Positions 26,304 through 32,000 of a stretch of DNA of 32,000 nt are shown here, in pieces; positions within the stretch are counted from its first letter, which is position 1; each line of letters begins with the position of its first letter. This DNA is from Pseudonocardiaceae bacterium (lineage in GTDB: Bacteria > Actinomycetota > Actinomycetes > Mycobacteriales > Pseudonocardiaceae), in NCBI GenBank assembly GCA_050699515.1, contig JBOHFF010000071.1:48967-80966 (forward strand), written 5' to 3'. The position numbers and the translations under genes are program-made. The notes below the pieces were generated by a model, which saw only the letters and a program-made list of their open reading frames with translations, ran no database searches and had not been told where the DNA came from.

Positions 26304-26720
26304 TCACGTACGTTCCAGCACCCCGAAGGGAGTTGGAACTTCGCGGGCTAGCTCGACTGCCCTCGGAGCCCGTGGGAGATCGGGTGTCCGGCCGTGGTTG
26401 CCGTTGAAGAATCCCTGCAGCTCGAGATGGGTGCTGATCCAGACTCCGCAGGGGAACGGACGTCGGCGCCACAGGCGGTGCCAGCTCAAGCGGCGGCAGG
26501 CGCGGCAGCGACTGGCGCGAGGAACGGGTTGATGGGCGAGCAGGATGGAGCGCAGCGCGCCGAGGAGGCCGGGATGGTCGCCCGCGTGTTGCAGTTCGGT
26601 GAGAGTGGTCCACACCGCGCGGACCGGCGTGCTCGCCGGGGATTGGTTGGCCAGCCAGGCCAGCGTCCGCGTCGAGAGCTGCTGAGTTTCCTCCGCCCGT
26701 GGCCTTGGCACGGTGGGCAT
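26304..26720 (-). CDS. Hypothetical protein, third gene of a coupled three-gene operon
   Basis: ATG at 26720 overlaps the upstream stop (TGATG at 26722-26718). 138 aa with high GC3. Contains a Cys/Arg-rich stretch SRCRACRRLSWHRLWRRRPFPCGVW. The upstream part of ORF 26304..26942 is an out-of-frame overlap. Confidence 0.55.
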   Translation of the reverse strand: MPTVPRPRAEETQQLSTRTLAWLANQSPASTPVRAVWTTLTELQHAGDHPGLLGALRSILLAHQPVPRASRCRACRRLSWHRLWRRRPFPCGVWISTHLELQGFFNGNHGRTPDLPRAPRAVELAREVPTPFGVLERT

Positions 26721-27112
26721 CAGGACCTGCCCGGTTCGTCGGGGAGCAGGCGCAGCAGTTGCGGTGGCATGCCGATCAGCTGACTCTCGCCCTGGAAGCG
26801 GATATACAGCTGGTCCAGGCCCCGACCGAGAACCTCGCCGTGCTGGTGGAGCCGGGAGAACAACGCTCCGGACTCCGGGTTCTCCGCGATCTGCTCGACC
26901 CAGCAGAACAGGGAGATGTGCGCGCCTTCGACATCGCACCACCGGAGCTGGGCCGGTCGCGGTACCGCAGCAGACATGATGCGTGCCTTCTTTTCACCGG
27001 GCCGGATGGGGAACCGGCCGGCCACCGGGAGCCGAGCGCGGGGGTCGCTGGTTCCACCGGTGGCCGGCCGGAGATCTGGTGTCCTGACAAGCACTGTGGC
27101 GCCGGCGATCAC
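26720..27112 (-). CDS. Hypothetical protein, second gene of the coupled operon
   Basis: GTG at 27112 overlaps the upstream stop (GTGA). An alternative ATG is at 26977. The convincing coding part is AQLRWCDVEGAHISLFCWVEQIAENPESGALFSRLHQHGEVLGRGLDQLYIRFQG. No known motif recognised. Confidence 0.55.
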   Translation of the reverse strand: MIAGATVLVRTPDLRPATGGTSDPRARLPVAGRFPIRPGEKKARIMSAAVPRPAQLRWCDVEGAHISLFCWVEQIAENPESGALFSRLHQHGEVLGRGLDQLYIRFQGESQLIGMPPQLLRLLPDEPGRS

Positions 27113-27588
27113 TCACGGGGGGTCGTCATCGCGGTGAGCCGCTCAGCCCGCACCCTGATCCGGCCGGGCGCGGGGAGGCGGATCGTCATCGGGCGTTGTC
27201 GGGTCCGGGGGACGTGCAGGCCCGCTGGTGCGGGGTAGTCGGCGATCGGAGCGTCGGGATGCGTTGGGTGCACCAGCTCCAGTAGGGCCTGGAGCGCATG
27301 CTGTGGCGGGCCCTGGTAGGCCCAGACCACGACGTCGGGGGCGAAGATGTCCACCATGCCTCGCTTCGGCACTCTGGCTGTGGTGACCCGATCAAAGTCG
27401 CGGATGGTGACGAGATCTACGTAGTCGTTCCACTCGTAGGAGGCGACCAGCGCGTTCGGTGCCGTCTTCGGGCCGCAGCAGTGCACCCTGAATCCGTCGG
27501 CGACCAGGTCGACGAGCAACTCTTCGACCGCCGCGGGCAGACCCACCTCATCGGGGTGAGCTGCCACTGCTGAGCCGGACCGTCTCAT
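27109..27588 (-). CDS. Hypothetical protein, first gene of the coupled operon
   Basis: 159 aa. GGAGG lies 9 nt upstream of the ATG. GC3 is high throughout. No recognised motif. Confidence 0.6.
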   Translation of the reverse strand: MRRSGSAVAAHPDEVGLPAAVEELLVDLVADGFRVHCCGPKTAPNALVASYEWNDYVDLVTIRDFDRVTTARVPKRGMVDIFAPDVVVWAYQGPPQHALQALLELVHPTHPDAPIADYPAPAGLHVPRTRQRPMTIRLPAPGRIRVRAERLTAMTTPRE

Positions 27589-27810
27589 CGGCTCTCACCT
27601 CCCACACTGCCGGTCACCGGCGGGCGGCGCAACATGGGATGCAGGTGGGTGCCAGGGGAGCGAACGGGCAGGCGGGCCGATCCAGCCGGAATCTTGGTAG
27701 GGAACTGAGGGGCGGGTATCTGCAACGTCAACGACGCCGGTAGCCCGGAATACAGGCCACGTCGTGCGCTGCTTTCACTGGCCATGGTCAGCTCCCACCG
27801 AGTCCGTTTG

Positions 27811-27831
27811 CCGTTGACAAGCAGTCAACGG
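27811..27831. promoter_or_regulatory. Perfect 8-bp inverted repeat CCGTTGAC-AAGCA-GTCAACGG
   Basis: Read directly. It contains TTGACA and lies in the 455-bp divergent intergenic region. Confidence 0.3.
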
Positions 27832-27882
27832 TCCTGGCAAGGGAGCAAACGCCTGGTGCGGGCGTCGGGGAATCCGTGACGC

Positions 27883-27899
27883 CGCTAGATCATCTAGCG
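27883..27899. promoter_or_regulatory. 17-bp perfect palindrome CGCTAGATCATCTAGCG (candidate operator)
   Basis: Read directly. It is followed by a second CTAG-based inverted repeat, CTAGT-N8-ACTAG at 27934-27951. That gives four CTAG tetramers within 67 bp, about 145 bp upstream of the XRE-type regulator. Confidence 0.35.
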
Positions 27900-28043
27900 C
27901 AGCGATGGGTAAGCGCAGCTCAGAGTGGGTGGTCTAGTACCCGCGCACTAGGCAGTCTCGCTCTGGTGGAGCGGGCCGCGTCGTGGTAGAGACACGGTGC
28001 GCAGTGATCACGCTGACGCCGGATACACGAGGGGGATGGGCGA

Positions 28044-29513
28044 GTGACGATCGACAAGCCGGGGTGCTGTTCACGTTGCGGGGCCGTGCTGCGTCGCCGC
28101 AACGGTCAGCGGGGGCAGGTGTGGTGTGATCCGTGCCGTCGGGCTGGGCCGGATCCGCGCCGGGATCTGCCTTCGGGTTTCTATTTTCAGGATCCGGTCG
28201 TTGCCGCGCTGGGCGACTATGATTTCCGGACGGTGTTCCGCCGGATTCGGATGGCCACCAGTTGGCCTCAGCAGACCCTGGCTGAGGTGGCTGGGCTGGA
28301 GCAGAGTCGTGTCTCGGCCATCGAGCGTGGGGTGCGTCCGTTGCGGGATGTGGCCCTGGTCGCCCAGGTCGCCACCCGGTTGGGGATCCCCGCGATTCTG
28401 CTCGGTTTCGGGACTACCGTAGGTGCTGCGGGGGCGGATGGCCGGAAGTTGGTGAGTTGGGTGGATCGCAGAGATTTCGTGGAACACGTCGCGGCCTTGG
28501 CTCTGAGCGCCACCGCCGTAGCCGGGCTGGACATCGATCGGCTCGCGGCGCTGTTGCCGCACGCCGATCCCACTGGCACCCGTCATGTCGGGCTCGCGGA
28601 TGTCGAGGCCATCGAGCAGACGACCGCGGCGTTCGCCCGGCAGGATTGGGCCACTGGCAGCGCCATGGCCCGCGCCGCCGCCGTCGCTCATCTGCACGCC
28701 ACTCTCCCGCTGCTCAATGCCCAGACCACTCCGGAAGTGCGACCCCGGCTCTACCTGGCCACCGCGTACCTGGCGACGGTGGCGGGGTGGATGAGCTTCG
28801 ATACCACGCAGCATGATGCCGCCCGGCGGCTGTGGCTGATCGGGCTGGTCATCGCCCGTAACGCCGAGCACCCTCGCGGCAGCGACCTCACTGCCTACCT
28901 GCTGTTCGACATGGCGATCCAAGCCGTGCACTTGGATCGGCCTGATGAGGCGCTGCGCCTGGTCCACCTCGGTCACGCCACTGCGGGGCCGCACCCGGTG
29001 TCGGCGTCCACCATCAGCTGCCTGGCGAACATCCAGGCTTCGGCCTATGCCGCCCAGGGTGACACGGCGGATTGCCAGCGTGCGCTGGGTAAGGCTGCGG
29101 AGCAATTCAGCACTATCGACCCCGCGGGCCGCCCAGCATGGGGCGCGCATCTTGACGGAACCCTGCTCGCCGCCTTCCAGGGCGCGGCGCACTACACGCT
29201 GGCCCGAGCCATCAATGACCAGCGGGCCGCCGGGCGGGCGGTGCCGCTGCTGCGCCAGGCCGTGGATGACTACGGTCCCGACCACGCCTCGGCCCGGGCG
29301 CGCCGTTTAACCGATCTTGCCGGCGCCCATGCGCTGACCGGGGACACCGACACCGCGGTCAGTGTCGGCCACCAGGCCATCGATGCGGTCACCGCGCTGC
29401 ACTCCCCCCGGGCCTATGACGAGCTCCAGGTGCTCAACACCGCACTGGAACCCCTGCACACCAGCGCCGGTATCGCCGAACTCCGCGACCGCCTGACCAG
29501 TACCGCCGCGTAG
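28044..29513 (+). CDS. Zinc-ribbon + XRE-family HTH regulator with large TPR-like C-terminal domain
   Basis: GTG start. The N-terminus has CCSRCG...CDPC. The HTH is WPQQTLAEVAGLEQSRVSAIERGVRPLRDVALVAQVATRLGIP. About 300 aa of helical repeats follow. Confidence 0.8.
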   Translation: MTIDKPGCCSRCGAVLRRRNGQRGQVWCDPCRRAGPDPRRDLPSGFYFQDPVVAALGDYDFRTVFRRIRMATSWPQQTLAEVAGLEQSRVSAIERGVRPLRDVALVAQVATRLGIPAILLGFGTTVGAAGADGRKLVSWVDRRDFVEHVAALALSATAVAGLDIDRLAALLPHADPTGTRHVGLADVEAIEQTTAAFARQDWATGSAMARAAAVAHLHATLPLLNAQTTPEVRPRLYLATAYLATVAGWMSFDTTQHDAARRLWLIGLVIARNAEHPRGSDLTAYLLFDMAIQAVHLDRPDEALRLVHLGHATAGPHPVSASTISCLANIQASAYAAQGDTADCQRALGKAAEQFSTIDPAGRPAWGAHLDGTLLAAFQGAAHYTLARAINDQRAAGRAVPLLRQAVDDYGPDHASARARRLTDLAGAHALTGDTDTAVSVGHQAIDAVTALHSPRAYDELQVLNTALEPLHTSAGIAELRDRLTSTAA

Positions 29514-29640
29514 GTGCACGATCGTCATCCGTGACGGGCGTCACCTGCTGGAAGCTCGTCGCGGATGCGTGTATCGCCGCTCCGTGAGTAGCAAGACCGT
29601 GGGGTCGCCGGGTCTGCCCTTAGACGCAAGTCTGTGTTGT

Positions 29641-30132
29641 TCATGAGTCGTGTGGTGGTGTGGCGAAATACTCGGTGAGCATTTCGCTCGACCAGGGGGC
29701 CTGCCGCACGGTGCCACGTGGGCCGAACTCATGGAACCAGGGTTTAATGTCAAGGACGGGTGTGCCGTCCACGGCATCGAGTTCCTCAACGTGCAAGTCG
29801 AGGCCATCGACTCTGATGAGACGGCAGCGCGAGACACCGAGCCAGTTCAACCGGCGCATGTTGCGATGGCCGAAGATGCCGACTTCGGGCCAATCCGGGT
29901 TGTCTCGTGGCCGTCGTGCGCCGAGGTTGAGGTCGGTCGGGTCGGTGAGATGGAAACGGAAGACGATTTCCAGATGGGAAAATGTATCGAGGCCTGCTGT
30001 TGCGTCGCGGCCGAAGCGGCCGCTGTCGATTCGGATGACGGAGCGGGTGCCGCCCCAGTAGTCATCGGTCGGTTCGATGCGACCACCAATCACCTGCGCG
30101 ATGGGTTCGACCTCAAAAGACTGGCCTGCCAT
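29641..30132 (-). CDS. trmO: TsaA/TrmO-family (UPF0066) SAM-dependent methyltransferase-like protein
   Basis: 163 aa. The sequence reads FEVEPIAQVIGG...FSHLEIVFRFH...GIFGHRNMRRLNWLGVSRCRLIRVDGLDLHVEELDAVDGTPVLDIKPW, the characteristic TsaA-like core. Confidence 0.8.
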   Translation of the reverse strand: MAGQSFEVEPIAQVIGGRIEPTDDYWGGTRSVIRIDSGRFGRDATAGLDTFSHLEIVFRFHLTDPTDLNLGARRPRDNPDWPEVGIFGHRNMRRLNWLGVSRCRLIRVDGLDLHVEELDAVDGTPVLDIKPWFHEFGPRGTVRQAPWSSEMLTEYFATPPHDS

Positions 30133-30174
30133 GGATCTCCTTTTCTCCCGGGTTTGTAGCCCAATTGTCTGACA

Positions 30175-31572
30175 TCAGGGTGACCTGGTGTTCAGGTAGG
30201 CGCAGGCCCGTACATCGAGTTCGAGGGTCGCCGGGATACCTCGGCGGCGGAAGGGCGATAGTGCGATGCGCATGTCGACTACGGCCTGACGGGTGCGTCC
30301 TGAATTGATACCGTCCATGGCGTCCAGCGCGGAGGACCAGGTGGAGCACGCCTGGTCGATCTCGCCGCGACGCGCCTGCACGGCGCCGAGGTAGCCTAGG
30401 GTCACGACGTGCGTGCGGGTGAACGTTGTTGATTCGCGGGTGCGTACGCTGCGATGGAACTCCTTGATGGCGCCGGACAGATCTCCGGTATCGCGCAGCG
30501 TGCAGGCAGTTTCGTGAGCAAGGCTTGCCTCGCCGAAGAAGAACACCCGCGACGGCTCATCATCTCCGGTGGTCGCTGAAGCTAGGTTATCTTCGGCTTT
30601 GATCAGCACCTTGGCGGCGACCGACTTCTGCCCTGCCGCTCCGAGCGCTCGCGCGTAGACAACGCTGAACAGCGCACGTTCCCGCGGGCTGGCCAATCGG
30701 TACCGCGTGCCGTCCATCGACGCGGCGGCCAGATCCAGTCCCTGATGAAAATGCCCTAGATCAATAGCCTGATGCGCGATGGCCCGAAGGATGTGACCCG
30801 CCATCGGCGGGTCGTCAGCTTCTGCGGCGAGCTTGATCGCTACGGAGAAATAGTGCTGGGCGATGGAGTGCTCCGCGTTGTCGAAGGCCATCCATCCCGA
30901 AAGGTAGGCGAGTTCGCTGGCTGCGGAGAACATGTCCTTGCGCACTCGCTCGTCGGCGTAGCTTCCGCGCAGGTAGTTTGCGACATCCGGAATGAGGTAT
31001 TGGACGAGCGCCGTGCGGGCGTGCCCACCTCCTCGTCGTTGGTCGACCCGCGAGAAGGTCGATGCCATCTCGCGGACGGCATCAAGATCACCGCGGCCGA
31101 CGCCCCAGCCGCGAGCGGCAGCGCGGGTGGTGCCCCGTGCCGCCATCTGCGTCCACCATGGTTGGTCAGGTACTGTGAGCGCGACCACGGAGTAGGTAGC
31201 GGCTGCAAGAACGCGTCTGCGTTCCATGTCGACGTCAACTTTCCCCAGATCAGTCAGGGCGATCAGGGTATCCACGCGCCAGTCCAACGCAGCGCGTGAG
31301 GACAGGGACTGGACTGTAAGCCCAACCGCGTCAAGGGTGACGGTTCGGCCCAGGCGGCGGGATAGGGCTTCACAAAGGATGACCGGCGCCCATCCTGATG
31401 GATGGGAACCACCGACCCAGTGCGAGACATGTGAGCGACCGACCCGAGTGAACTCACGGGCGCCGTTCTCTGAAGCCACGCGAACGAAGGCGTTGGCGAC
31501 TTGAGCGTGCGACCAACCAGTCTCGGCGATCACAGCTGCGAGCTTGGTGTTTCCTAGCCGCGTCTGTGCCAT
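30175..31572 (-). CDS. XRE-like HTH regulator with TPR-like C-terminal domain (paralogous architecture to 28044..29513)
   Basis: ORF 30175..31731. The likely ATG is at 31572 (MAQTRLGNTKLAAVIAETGWSHAQVANAF...). The C-terminal helical repeats are collinear with the other regulator. Confidence 0.75.
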   Translation of the reverse strand: MAQTRLGNTKLAAVIAETGWSHAQVANAFVRVASENGAREFTRVGRSHVSHWVGGSHPSGWAPVILCEALSRRLGRTVTLDAVGLTVQSLSSRAALDWRVDTLIALTDLGKVDVDMERRRVLAAATYSVVALTVPDQPWWTQMAARGTTRAAARGWGVGRGDLDAVREMASTFSRVDQRRGGGHARTALVQYLIPDVANYLRGSYADERVRKDMFSAASELAYLSGWMAFDNAEHSIAQHYFSVAIKLAAEADDPPMAGHILRAIAHQAIDLGHFHQGLDLAAASMDGTRYRLASPRERALFSVVYARALGAAGQKSVAAKVLIKAEDNLASATTGDDEPSRVFFFGEASLAHETACTLRDTGDLSGAIKEFHRSVRTRESTTFTRTHVVTLGYLGAVQARRGEIDQACSTWSSALDAMDGINSGRTRQAVVDMRIALSPFRRRGIPATLELDVRACAYLNTRSP

Positions 31573-31832
31573 TGCCACGGGCGTTCCAAGATCACTTGGG
31601 GTGATGAGGCGGTCTGGTGACGGAGATGACGATCTTCGGCGTGTCGCGTCGGTAGGCGAACGAAGCTCCGGTAGGACGAGCGGTCCCTTCACAGACTTCT
31701 CGTTGCCACCGGAGCTTCGTTGCTGGTTCATTCTGTCATCGGTGACGCCTACGCGAGAGCACTCGAGGGCGCGGTTGCGGGCGAGTCGCCCGACGCTGAT
31801 CTCTGCCCTCGGTCGCGCTGTATGACCCTGAC

Positions 31833-32000
31833 TTGCTACGACGCTTCGCGGTGGTGTCCGACGGGCGCGGTGCTCAGGGCCGGGATCACCCGGTCGCGGT
31901 GGTGTTGACGCTGTGCGCGGCCGCGGTGCTGGGCGGGATGCGCTCGTTCACCGCGATCGCCGGATGGGTCGCCGACGTGCCCGCCGAGGTGCTGGCCCGG
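31833..32000 (+). mobile_element. ISAs1-family (H-repeat-type) transposase, 5' part, continues beyond the window
   Basis: A frame not listed in the ORF track reads ...DLLRRFAVVSDGRGAQGRDHPVAVVLTLCAAAVLGGMRSFTAIAGWVADVPAEVLAR. This is the typical ISAs1 N-terminus ('...DPRxxRGxRHxLxxVLxLxxxAVLxGxxSxxAIxxW'). The exact start is uncertain (TTG 31833 or GTG 31851). Confidence 0.5.

Noticed and set aside
27585-27785. 66-aa ORF whose stop overlaps (ATGA) the start of the 159-aa gene. It could be a fourth coupled cistron.
   Set aside because: Its third-position G+C is clearly lower than in the three downstream genes. The product is low-complexity, and its 3' end contains the GGAGG RBS of the next gene. 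It is more likely leader sequence, but not excluded.
27811-27831. TTGACA within the inverted repeat as a -35 promoter element.
   Set aside because: I found no acceptable -10 hexamer at 16-19 bp spacing on either strand.
1-32000. CRISPR arrays, tRNA or rRNA genes, and an integrase or recombinase associated with the island.
   Set aside because: None was seen. There are no regularly spaced repeats of 25-40 bp, no tRNA-like cloverleaf regions that I could recognise, and no tyrosine- or serine-recombinase-like ORF in the track.

Overview
High-GC actinomycete-type chromosomal segment; typical 60-nt lines I counted are about 70% G+C. No rRNA, tRNA or CRISPR array was recognised.

(1) 1-8.8 kb looks core-like. 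It holds a moaD-type fragment, an HTH+TOBE regulator with modABC, a WXG-like/DUF1023 alpha/beta-hydrolase with a downstream lipoprotein and a decayed upstream paralogue, an acyl-CoA synthetase, a cold-shock protein and a calerythrin-like EF-hand protein.

(2) 8.97-9.28 kb holds two short gene fragments that look like a rearrangement scar.

(3) 9.4-25.45 kb is a complete type-1 BREX operon (brxA-brxB-brxC-pglX-pglZ-brxL). It is written as one translationally coupled 10-gene array and contains three non-canonical members. These are an excisionase-type HTH protein and a BrxE-like protein at the 5' end, and a 658-codon AlbA_2/Schlafen-like + HATPase_c_4 + TPR-like protein between brxC and pglX. 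That wedged protein is the strongest candidate for something undescribed. pglX also contains a roughly 2 kb low-GC, CTAG-rich patch covering the catalytic NPPF motif and the presumed target-recognition region.

(4) 25.45-31.7 kb is accessory. It holds an AT-rich junction, an atypical GIY-YIG-like gene, a coupled three-gene operon of unknown function, two paralogous XRE+TPR-like regulators and a TrmO/TsaA-like gene.

(5) The window ends in the 5' part of an ISAs1-family transposase gene.

All domain calls are by-eye motif recognition. No database search was run.
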